From positions 1-64,000 of the IMG/VR virus record IMGVR_UViG_3300036832_000548: a stretch of DNA of 64,000 bases; one strand, 5' to 3'. Each line of letters starts with the position of its first letter. The first letter of the stretch is position 1. Shown here piece by piece: positions 7,418 to 15,815 of this stretch. This stretch comes from a virus. The position numbers and the translations under genes were made by a program. The notes under the pieces are model-generated. The model was not told the DNA's origin and ran no database searches. It saw only the letters and a list, made by a program, of their open reading frames with translations.

Positions 7418-9694
7418 ATGCCTATCAAGCCAGGAAAAGACGAGACGCAGTCGGAATGGATGGCCCGATGCACGCCTGAGATGATTGGCACCGGCGACAA
7501 TAAGCGCCCGCAGGAACAGGCCGTCGCGATCTGCCTCGACATCTGGCGCAACAAGGACAAGACCGCCATGAAACAATCGATCAAGCAATCGTTGCAGCCG
7601 GAAGACGACGAAAGCTATCAGGATTTCATGGACCGCTGCACTGACGAAACCGACGATCAGGATGTCTGCCAGACGCTCTGGGAAGATCGTTCCGTTGGCG
7701 GCATCAAACACAAGACCCACGCCGGCGAGGTCGACGGCACGGAGTATGTGCTCTCTGACGAAACCATCGACCGGATGGGCGACATCATCGAGGCTGACGG
7801 CTGGGATTTTACCAATTTCAAGAAGAACCCCATCGCGCTCGGATTTCACCGTCCCGATTTTCCGATCGGCAAGTGGGCCAATCTTCACATCACTAAGGAC
7901 AAGGAGCTGCGCGGCAAGCTCGAGCTGGCACCCAAGGGCACGTCGCCGCGCCTCGATGAGGTGCGGGCGTTGGTCGAGGCCGGGATTCTCAAGGCCGTAT
8001 CGGTCGGCTTCAAGCCGATCGACAGCATGCCCATCAATCCGAAAGATCCATGGAGCGGATCGCGCTTCATGAAGCAGGAACTGGTCGAATGCTCGCTGGT
8101 ATCAGTGCCGGCGAACGCCAACGCAATCGCGGTGGCAAAGTCACTGAAGCTTTCACCCGAAACGCTGAATCTCGTTTTCGCCGGGGCCGGCAACAAAGAC
8201 GGGACCATCAAGCGGCGCGGGTTCACTGGCGGGACCGCCTCGATACATCGCAACGGAAAGGGCGCGACCATGTCGCTAGCTCAACGAATTACTGAAATTC
8301 AGACCTACATCGGAACCAAAAGCGCCGAACTTGAGGAACACGTCGCGGCGCAGGACGACACCAACGTGTCGGATGAGCAGTACGAGAAGACCAAGCTGCT
8401 CAACGACCAGCTCGCCTCTGCCAGACGGCAGCATGCGATGCTGATCGAGGCTGAGAAGAACATTGCCCCCGGAGGCAGCAAGCCGAACGGCGGCAATGGC
8501 GCAACGCACAGCCGCGCGCTCGCGACGACCGCGTTCACGCAGACGCAAAGTCAAGAGCCGGTGGTGGCTCCAATCATCATCAAGTCCCGCAAGAAGGATT
8601 GGGACGCCATCGATCTACTGGTGCATGCCGGCGCTTCGATAATTGCCGCCAAGAACTGGGGCGTCTCCATCGACGCCGCGCGCACCAAGATCTACGGCGA
8701 GGATGAGCCGACCAAAGTCGTAACGGATTGGGTCATGCGTGCCCCGTCCGCGCCAGCCATGACAACCGTCCCCGGTTGGGCGCAGGAACTCGTCCATCAG
8801 ATCTACGCGGATTTGATGGGCCTGCTGTTTGCCAAGAGCATCTTCCCGCGATTGTCAGGAAGAGGCTTGACCTTGGCGTTCGGTCAGGCAGGCAAGATCG
8901 TGATGCCCACCCGCTCGCGCACGCCTTCGCTGGCTGGCAGTTTCGTAGGCGAGGGCATGGCGATCCCCGTGCGCCAAGGGGCGTTCACGTCTCAGACCTT
9001 CACGCCGAAAAAATTGGCAGTCATCTCCGTCTTCACGAGAGAGATGAGCGAGCATTCGATCCCGGCGATCGAGGGCGTGATCCGTGAGGCCATCGCGCAG
9101 GACACAGCGATTGCCATCGACAGCGTCCTGATCGATTCCAACCCGGCGACGACCATTCGTCCTGCCGGCATCCTCAACGGCGTTGTGGCCCTCACCGCGA
9201 CCGCTGGCGGCGGCATCCCGGCGATCGTGGGCGATCTCAAGCAGCTCGTCGGCGCGCTGATCACCAGCCTCTACGGCAATTTGCGCAACCCGGTCTGGTT
9301 GATGAACCCCGGAGACATGCTGTCCGCATCGCTGGCGACTGCGGTCAACACCGGCATTTTCCCGTTCCAGGAACAGATCAGCCAAGGTCAGTTGGGCAAC
9401 ATCCCGATAATTGACAGTGCAACAGTGCCGTCGAAGACCGTGGTGTTGATCGACGCCTCGGATTTTGTGACGATGCAAGGAGACGCAGTTCGAATGGAAC
9501 TTTCGGACACTGCGACGCTCCATATGGAGGACACAAATCCGCTCGATTTGGTCAGCGGTTCTCCTGGCACTGTTGCATCGCCGCAGCGTTCGCTATTCCA
9601 AACAGACAGCATCGCGCTTCGAATGATCGCGCCGCTCAACTGGGCCATCCGTCGCCCCGGCACCGTGGCGTGGACCCAGAGCGTCACTTGGTAA
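7418..9694 (+). CDS. HK97-family prohead protease fused to major capsid protein
   Basis: DRMGDIIE..NPIALGFH..PIGKW, AVSVGFKP, ELVECSLVSVPAN, then a coiled-coil region and an HK97 capsid domain; AGGAGG SD before ATG 7418. Confidence 0.92.
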   Translation: MPIKPGKDETQSEWMARCTPEMIGTGDNKRPQEQAVAICLDIWRNKDKTAMKQSIKQSLQPEDDESYQDFMDRCTDETDDQDVCQTLWEDRSVGGIKHKTHAGEVDGTEYVLSDETIDRMGDIIEADGWDFTNFKKNPIALGFHRPDFPIGKWANLHITKDKELRGKLELAPKGTSPRLDEVRALVEAGILKAVSVGFKPIDSMPINPKDPWSGSRFMKQELVECSLVSVPANANAIAVAKSLKLSPETLNLVFAGAGNKDGTIKRRGFTGGTASIHRNGKGATMSLAQRITEIQTYIGTKSAELEEHVAAQDDTNVSDEQYEKTKLLNDQLASARRQHAMLIEAEKNIAPGGSKPNGGNGATHSRALATTAFTQTQSQEPVVAPIIIKSRKKDWDAIDLLVHAGASIIAAKNWGVSIDAARTKIYGEDEPTKVVTDWVMRAPSAPAMTTVPGWAQELVHQIYADLMGLLFAKSIFPRLSGRGLTLAFGQAGKIVMPTRSRTPSLAGSFVGEGMAIPVRQGAFTSQTFTPKKLAVISVFTREMSEHSIPAIEGVIREAIAQDTAIAIDSVLIDSNPATTIRPAGILNGVVALTATAGGGIPAIVGDLKQLVGALITSLYGNLRNPVWLMNPGDMLSASLATAVNTGIFPFQEQISQGQLGNIPIIDSATVPSKTVVLIDASDFVTMQGDAVRMELSDTATLHMEDTNPLDLVSGSPGTVASPQRSLFQTDSIALRMIAPLNWAIRRPGTVAWTQSVTW

Positions 9695-9738
9695 TCTTGA
9701 TCAACTAATCAATATTAGCTGATCAACGAACGAACTAA

Positions 9739-9770
9739 CCCGCGCATCAGGCCGTTGTCTGATGCGCGGG
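9739..9770 (+). other. 12-bp GC-rich hairpin after capsid gene
   Basis: CCCGCGCATCAG-N8-CTGATGCGCGGG; no U-tract. Confidence 0.6.
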
Positions 9771-9799
9771 GAATGATTCCCGCAACAAGGAGAAACGCA

Positions 9800-10054
9800 A
9801 TGGCCGACGATCCCGGCAAAGCTATCAAGGAAAAATCCATGGCAGAGTTTGCCAAACGCACCAAAGGCAAGCCCACGCCCACGCAGGATGAACTCGACCG
9901 CGCCAATCTGGGCGAGCACATCACGGAGCATGAGGCTGACGGCTCAGATCCTGACGAGAATGCCGCAACGGTCAAGCAAGCGGAAGCAAAACCCGGCAGC
10001 GGCGGCAGCTATCAAACCCGGCAGGCCACGCCGCAACCGCGCAAGGCTGAGTAG
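9800..10054 (+). CDS. Small hydrophilic head-region protein
   Basis: AAGGAGA SD before ATG 9800; KPTPTQDELD. Confidence 0.7.
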   Translation: MADDPGKAIKEKSMAEFAKRTKGKPTPTQDELDRANLGEHITEHEADGSDPDENAATVKQAEAKPGSGGSYQTRQATPQPRKAE

Positions 10055-10119
10055 CTTAGCTTGGCCCCTTTGCCGGGGCTGAGTGGTGGGGAGCGGGCGC
10101 ATCCACGCGCCGCCCCTAG

Positions 10120-10148
10120 CCGGGGCGGGAAACCGCCCCGGTTAATTT
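10120..10148 (+). terminator. Possible intrinsic terminator/attenuator
   Basis: CCGGGGCGG-GAAA-CCGCCCCGG followed by TTAATTT. Confidence 0.55.
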
Positions 10149-10170
10149 CCCATCCTCACAAAGGCTATCG

Positions 10171-11616
10171 ATGGGCGCGCTCACTCGCATCGCTGACGGA
10201 TTCCGCACGCTGGTCCGCGCCACGGAAGGCGCGTTCAGGCCGGGGCCGTATTATCTGCCGGTGACGGGCGGATGGTTGCCTAACGGCGCAGCCATAAACT
10301 GGTGGCAGCAAGGCTACAACCCGATGGGTGCGCCGGGTTACGGCGCGATGGTCGAGGCCTGCCTCAGCGCCTACTCGCAGACGGTGGCGATGTGCCCCGG
10401 CTCGCATTGGCTGATGAACAACAAGGGCGGGCGCGACCGCGTCACCGTCTCAGCGCTGTCGCGCATCCTGCGGCACCCGAACGACTATCAATCGATTTCC
10501 GATTTCATGCTCAACCTGACGCGCTCGCTGTATTTCGACGGCAACGCTTACGCATTGTGCCTGCGCAACGACCGCTTTGAGATCGACGAACTGCATTTGA
10601 TGAATCCGCTCATGAGCCGCGCGCAGCTCGCGATAACCGGCGACGTGTTCTATACGCTGGCCGGCAACAACGTGATCGCGCAACGGATGGAGGGCGAGCA
10701 AAACATCTCACTGGTCGTCCCGCAACGCGATGTGTTGCATGTGCGACTGCATACGCCGGAATCTAAGCACCCGTTCCCGCTGCGCGGCGAGACGCCGCTT
10801 ATCGCGGCCTATGCCGACATTGCCACCAGCCAAGCCATCTCAAATCAGCAAATCCAGTTCTATCAAAACGAGGCGAGGCCATCGGCGGTGCTGCAGACCG
10901 ACATGGCACTCGACAAGGATCTGGTGCAGGCACTGACGGATCGATGGGACGAAAAAAGCCGGGGTCTGCATCAGGGCAAGACGCCCGTTCTCACCCACGG
11001 TCTCAAAGTGCAGCCCTGGTCCACGCCGGGAAAAGATGCGGCGATTGCGGAGATGATGAAACTCTCGCAGGAGCACATCGCGCTCGCGTTCCGCATCCCG
11101 CTGCAGATCCTCGGCATCGGCGGCACGACCTACAGCTCGACTGAGCTGCTCATGCAATCGTGGATCGCCAGCGGGCTTGGCTTCTGTCTCAACCACATCG
11201 AAGAAGCGTTTGGCGTGACCTTCAATCTGTGGGGACAGCCGGACGAGTACGTGGAGTTTGATACGGCGGCATTGCTGCGCTCTGCCTTCAAGGAACGCAT
11301 CGAAGGACTCGCGCGAGCCGTCCAGGGCGGTGTGTATAGCCCGAATGAAGCCAGAGCAATCGAAGGACTCGACGCGGTAAAATTTGGTGATGAGCCTAGG
11401 CTTCAGGCGCAGGTCGTCCCATTGTCCATTGCTGGTCAGATTCCGACAGCGCCCAGCGCGCCAGCCGCACCCGCACAGCCGGGGGCACCGCAACCGGACA
11501 AGCCGCCAGCACCATCGCAAGACGAGCAAGCCGCAAAACATCAGCGACGAGTACGAAGCCTGATCCATGCAGCAGATCAAATCGACCGACAGCGAGATCG
11601 AGAGCGAGTGGCCTGA
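10171..11616 (+). CDS. HK97-family portal protein
   Basis: PNDYQS..F, GNAYA, DVLHVR, RGETPL, IALAFRIP..LG, SPNEARAIEGL. Confidence 0.93.
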   Translation: MGALTRIADGFRTLVRATEGAFRPGPYYLPVTGGWLPNGAAINWWQQGYNPMGAPGYGAMVEACLSAYSQTVAMCPGSHWLMNNKGGRDRVTVSALSRILRHPNDYQSISDFMLNLTRSLYFDGNAYALCLRNDRFEIDELHLMNPLMSRAQLAITGDVFYTLAGNNVIAQRMEGEQNISLVVPQRDVLHVRLHTPESKHPFPLRGETPLIAAYADIATSQAISNQQIQFYQNEARPSAVLQTDMALDKDLVQALTDRWDEKSRGLHQGKTPVLTHGLKVQPWSTPGKDAAIAEMMKLSQEHIALAFRIPLQILGIGGTTYSSTELLMQSWIASGLGFCLNHIEEAFGVTFNLWGQPDEYVEFDTAALLRSAFKERIEGLARAVQGGVYSPNEARAIEGLDAVKFGDEPRLQAQVVPLSIAGQIPTAPSAPAAPAQPGAPQPDKPPAPSQDEQAAKHQRRVRSLIHAADQIDRQRDRERVA

Positions 11617-12970
11617 CGCCCTGCGCGACACGCTCGGCCAGGTCGTCGCTGACTTGCGCCGCCAGTGGCGGCTCGAGCATGAGGTCATGAGTTCGAACGC
11701 CGCGCGCACCATCGCGGAGCTGCGTGTTGATCTCAACAACCAGCGCACTGAGCTCGCCGCGATGTTCGCGGATACGGTTGTCAAGATGCAAGCGCAGTTC
11801 ACCGCGAGACTGGCTGAGCTGCGCGACGGCAAGGATGGTGCAGCTGGGCCGCAAGGCGACATTGGCCCAGCAGGGGCACAAGGCGAAAAGGGTGAGACTG
11901 GGCCGCAAGGCGAAGCAGGACCGCAGGGGCCGCAGGGCGCGGCGGGCGAGCTGGGCGCTGTTGGCGCTGATGGACCAATAGGTCCGCAGGGCGATCCGGG
12001 ATCGCAGGGCGAGCGTGGCGAACCTGGACCGCAGGGCGAGGCTGGAGCGCAAGGCCAACCGGGCAGCGTCGGCGCTGACGGCTTAACTGGGCCACAGGGC
12101 GAGCGCGGCGAAGCTGGCGCAGCGGGACGCGATGGTGACCACGGGCTCAAGGGCGATCCCGGCCCAGTAGGGCTGCAGGGCGAGCTGGGGCCTGTTGGAG
12201 ACGCAGGGCCACCGGGACCCAGCGGCGAACGCGGCGAACAAGGTTTGCCGGGGATCGCGGGCAAGGACGGCGTACCGGGAAAGCACGGCTTACAGGGAAA
12301 TCGCGGCGAGCGAGGACTTCGCGGCGAAACCGGACGGCAGGGCGAGCCAGGATTGCAGGGCGTTCCTGGCACTGCTGGCACTGCTGGCACAGATGGCGCG
12401 CCGGGAGAACGCGGGTCAGCGGGAGAGAAGGGCGAGCGCGGCGAACAGGGTCCGCGCGGCCTGTTGCAGATCGTCAAGACCTACGAGCCTGACGCTGTCC
12501 ACTATCTGGGCGATGTCGTTAGCCACGACGGCAGCACTTGGCAGGCAAAACGCGACACCGGGCAAGCACCGCCGCATCGGGACTGGATCTGCCTCGCTGC
12601 TGCAGCTCGCGCGATGCGTATCCGCGGCACCTACGAGACTGAGGAAACCTATGCCGCGTTCGATGTGGTGATGAAGGAAAGCTCGTCGCACATCGCACTC
12701 AAGAACGATCCCGGCCCATGTCCCGGTCCCGGCTGGCAGCTCCTGGCGGCATCAGGTCGGCGCGGCGTTGCTGGCGAGCGCGGCGCACACGGCGAGCGCG
12801 GGGCGAAAGGCGAGCGCGGTGATCCCGGCGAGGCTGGATCGATGATCGTCGGTTGGAAAATCGATCGCGAGAACTACACGATCACGCCTGTCGTATCTAA
12901 CGGTCAATACACCGTTCCGCCGCTCAACATGGGCGAACTATTCGAGCAATTCCACACCGAAACCAAATGA
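11567..12970 (+). CDS. Collagen-like protein (about 70 Gly-X-Y triplets) with N-terminal coiled coil and small C-terminal beta modules
   Basis: Uninterrupted GXY run; YLGDVVSHDGSTWQA and YAAFDVV modules. Confidence 0.85.
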   Translation: MQQIKSTDSEIESEWPDALRDTLGQVVADLRRQWRLEHEVMSSNAARTIAELRVDLNNQRTELAAMFADTVVKMQAQFTARLAELRDGKDGAAGPQGDIGPAGAQGEKGETGPQGEAGPQGPQGAAGELGAVGADGPIGPQGDPGSQGERGEPGPQGEAGAQGQPGSVGADGLTGPQGERGEAGAAGRDGDHGLKGDPGPVGLQGELGPVGDAGPPGPSGERGEQGLPGIAGKDGVPGKHGLQGNRGERGLRGETGRQGEPGLQGVPGTAGTAGTDGAPGERGSAGEKGERGEQGPRGLLQIVKTYEPDAVHYLGDVVSHDGSTWQAKRDTGQAPPHRDWICLAAAARAMRIRGTYETEETYAAFDVVMKESSSHIALKNDPGPCPGPGWQLLAASGRRGVAGERGAHGERGAKGERGDPGEAGSMIVGWKIDRENYTITPVVSNGQYTVPPLNMGELFEQFHTETK

Positions 12971-13173
12971 ACAAGCTCGCCATTTTACAGAGCGCACGCA
13001 TTGCAGAGCTGCGTGACCACGCCGCATTGGTCGCCAGCCTTTGCAAAGCGCCGGCGGTTGTCGAATTGCCGCATAACTCCCGGCGCGGCGACCACGACCG
13101 TCGGCGCTTCCTGATGTTGCTGGCGCACGAACGCCGCCGCAACTCCAGACTGGTCAAGCTGCTCGAGGAATAG
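12967..13173 (+). CDS. Hypothetical protein
   Basis: ATGA overlap upstream, abuts next gene. Confidence 0.55.
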   Translation: MNKLAILQSARIAELRDHAALVASLCKAPAVVELPHNSRRGDHDRRRFLMLLAHERRRNSRLVKLLEE

Positions 13174-13174
13174 A

Positions 13175-13828
13175 ATGGTCGACATCATTAAAAAGGTGCT
13201 GACCCCGCCAGACAGCATCGATCTGATGACGCTCGCAGAGGCGCGGCTGATGATCCTCAACATGCCAGGAGGCATCCCGCCTACTGACGAGCAGCTCGCG
13301 CAGATGATCACCCAATATTCCGCGCTGGTCGCGACACTGTGCAATCGGGTGCTTGGCTATCAGACTATGCGCGAGACGTGGCGCGATTTCGAACCGCTGT
13401 ATAACAATTTTGCCTCGCGCCGGTTGTTCCTGTCGATGTGGCCCGTGGTGGAAACGGACATCACCAGCGTGCAAGCGCCGCTTGGCACCGTGCTCGATCC
13501 GTCGACCTACGCGATCGAGGAACTACCCGGCAAGATCGAAATCCTCAACGGCGGCGGCAGCGACCCCATCGTGGTGGACTATTCTGGCGGATACAAATTG
13601 CCTGACGAAGCGCCCCCAGAACTCAAGCAGGCCGTAGGCCTGATGATCAGGCAATACCGATTCCAGAACGTGCTGGCCTCCGGCGTCCGCAGCGTGTCGC
13701 ACAAGGAGTCGCGGGTGCAGTATTTCTCGCCACGCGACATGCTGGCGGTGCAGCCCGTCAGCGGTGGCGTCAACATCACCAGCACCATCGACAACCTGCT
13801 TTCGCACTATCGGCGCGTCGAGATCTGA
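13175..13828 (+). CDS. Head-tail connector (gp6-like adaptor)
   Basis: LMTLAEAR, CNRVL, VDYSGGY..P.ELKQAV, LLSHYRR; position after portal. Confidence 0.8.
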   Translation: MVDIIKKVLTPPDSIDLMTLAEARLMILNMPGGIPPTDEQLAQMITQYSALVATLCNRVLGYQTMRETWRDFEPLYNNFASRRLFLSMWPVVETDITSVQAPLGTVLDPSTYAIEELPGKIEILNGGGSDPIVVDYSGGYKLPDEAPPELKQAVGLMIRQYRFQNVLASGVRSVSHKESRVQYFSPRDMLAVQPVSGGVNITSTIDNLLSHYRRVEI

Positions 13829-14361
13829 TGCCTGAGACATTTGAGGTCGGTGTCGATTGGAAAGTGAAGGAGCTGGGTCCGGTCTTTCGCGAGGCCGTGA
13901 ACCAGATGGCAAAGACTGTCCGCGATCGCGCCCGCCAGGATGTCGCCGGCGGTTTGCATAATTCAGGCCGCTTCGTGCGCGGCACCAACGTCAAGGTCGA
14001 CAAGATCGAGGGCGGATATTCAGTCGATGTGATCCAGCGGCCATCGTTCGCCAAGGTCTGGGAGTTCGGCGGCGTCAGCAGAGGCAATCCATATTTGTGG
14101 TTGCCAGCTCCCGGCAACCGCGCTTTGAAGCGCAACTACAAGGGCAAGCTGATCCGCCCAAAGGGCAGGCGGATTCTGGTCGCCGCCGTTCCCGGCACGA
14201 AGGTCACGGGCATGGCCGGAACCGGCACGACCCAGCGCGGTGACATCAAATACGTCGGCATCAGCTCGATCACCAACCGCAAGCGGTTTCATCTGAGCCA
14301 GATCGCGACGGAAGAAGCCAACAAGTTCATCACGACTTGGACCGCTCTGTTCAAGGCCTAA
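13828..14361 (+). CDS. Putative tail-completion/neck protein
   Basis: Basic protein with FAKVWEFGG motif; neck position. Confidence 0.55.
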   Translation: MPETFEVGVDWKVKELGPVFREAVNQMAKTVRDRARQDVAGGLHNSGRFVRGTNVKVDKIEGGYSVDVIQRPSFAKVWEFGGVSRGNPYLWLPAPGNRALKRNYKGKLIRPKGRRILVAAVPGTKVTGMAGTGTTQRGDIKYVGISSITNRKRFHLSQIATEEANKFITTWTALFKA

Positions 14362-14362
14362 G

Positions 14363-14803
14363 ATGCCTATCGATTTCTCAAACGAGATTTATCTGGTCGC
14401 TCAGAACGTGTTCGGTCGCCCGGTCACGGTGATGCCGCTCGTCAGCCAGCCGGGTGCCGCGAGCTACGGCGGCGTGGGAATATTCGACAGCCGAGAAACC
14501 GACGTGATCGCTGAGGACGGCTCGCTGTTCTCCGACTCCAAAACCATCCTCGATATTCGGATCGAGGATTTCCCGATCCTGCCCATGCAGGGCGACATCG
14601 TTGATGTGTCCGACATGCCGGGAGCGCCGGGAGGTCAATTCGAGGTCGCGGATCTCGCGGGCATAGGCAACGCTGGCGGCGAAATCACGTTGACGCTGAA
14701 ACGTTGGGTGGGATCGCTAATCGTTATGCTACCGCCTGCGGCTGTTGGCCAACTCGTTGCTAAGGAAGCAGCAGCAGATACAGCGGCGTTTTCTGAACCA
14801 TGA
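14363..14803 (+). CDS. Head-closure (lambda gpFII-like) protein with appended motif
   Basis: FGRPVT..GIFD..P.QGD.V..FEV..G.ITLTLK; extra tail GQLVAKEAAADTAAFSEP. Confidence 0.65.
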   Translation: MPIDFSNEIYLVAQNVFGRPVTVMPLVSQPGAASYGGVGIFDSRETDVIAEDGSLFSDSKTILDIRIEDFPILPMQGDIVDVSDMPGAPGGQFEVADLAGIGNAGGEITLTLKRWVGSLIVMLPPAAVGQLVAKEAAADTAAFSEP

Positions 14804-15402
14804 ACGTCACCACGGATGTTAACAGCTACTCGCACATCATCCAGCTCGGGATGCTGGACCGCATGCGGCTGGTGGCACCGTTCATCGGCGCGGCTCGGTA
14901 CGCGCGCTCGAGAGCGCGAGCGATCCGGCCAGAGCACATCCCGCTGGTCGGCTGCTACATCATGGAAGAAGGCTTGTCGCCTGACGGCGAGCCAGCGGTC
15001 GCTGAACCAAGATTCCTGCACCGGCTGACGCTCGCGTTCTCCTACATCATTATGGACAACGACACGGACGAGGTCGAGGACATGCTCGATGTCGGCCATT
15101 GGGCGATCATGGGGCTGCTGCACGATCCAGAGTGGCACCATTTTCCGCAAGGCGTGCGGATCGAGGCGGTCACGGGCGGTAATCGCACGCACCATTTCGG
15201 CAACCTCGGCAGCAGCCAGAACGAGACGCCCATCGCTGAGATGCGGATGGAACTCTATCTGACCTATCGCTCGTCTTTCGAGCCATACGTCAACGACATC
15301 TTCAAGACCTTCCACATGGAGACATCGCAGGTGCCGCCGTATCCGCCTGATGGAGGCATCCCGCCGATCATTATCGAAACAGACCTTTGGGACAACAACT
15401 AG
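14800..15402 (+). CDS. Putative tail terminator protein
   Basis: Size, synteny before sheath, acidic alpha/beta pattern. Confidence 0.5.
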   Translation: MNVTTDVNSYSHIIQLGMLDRMRLVAPFIGAARYARSRARAIRPEHIPLVGCYIMEEGLSPDGEPAVAEPRFLHRLTLAFSYIIMDNDTDEVEDMLDVGHWAIMGLLHDPEWHHFPQGVRIEAVTGGNRTHHFGNLGSSQNETPIAEMRMELYLTYRSSFEPYVNDIFKTFHMETSQVPPYPPDGGIPPIIIETDLWDNN

Positions 15403-15411
15403 GAGACAATC

Positions 15412-15732
15412 ATGGACATCGTGATGAAGCGCGGCGCCCGTCCAGGTCAAGTGCGTCCGCAGGAAAAGGGCTTTATCGAGAGGCGCGTCGTGCGCGTGCT
15501 GCCCACCAGCGATTTGATCCGCAAATATCTCAAGCATCAACCCAGCAAAATCGGCTGGCTCAAGGAAGGCTCAGTCGAGTGGCCTTGGGATTCGTTCACC
15601 CGCAATCGCCTGCGCGACGGCGACATCACGATTGAACCGCCCAAGGCGGCGGCGGCTGACAAGAAGCCAAGCGAGAAAAAGCCAGCTGCAGCGGCAAAGC
15701 CGACAGCGGAAGCCCATCCGAAAACCTCATAA
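15412..15732 (+). CDS. DUF2635-like small protein preceding sheath
   Basis: EGSVEWPWDSFTRNRLRDGDITI; position as Mu gp38-like genes. Confidence 0.7.
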   Translation: MDIVMKRGARPGQVRPQEKGFIERRVVRVLPTSDLIRKYLKHQPSKIGWLKEGSVEWPWDSFTRNRLRDGDITIEPPKAAAADKKPSEKKPAAAAKPTAEAHPKTS

Positions 15733-15815
15733 GACGCCCGCGCGTCTTTTCCTGAAAAACGGCCCGCACCCGCGGGACGCTGGCCGCTGCGCACCCTAAC
15801 CAATGGGAGGCAACA

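Noticed and set aside
7391-7888. Long N-terminal extension of the HNH ORF 6896..7888
   Set aside because: Antisense to the protease gene; HNH-like sequence begins at ATG 7390
10840-12477. 545-aa minus-strand ORF with P-x-x periodicity
   Set aside because: Antisense shadow of the collagen GXY codons and the portal gene
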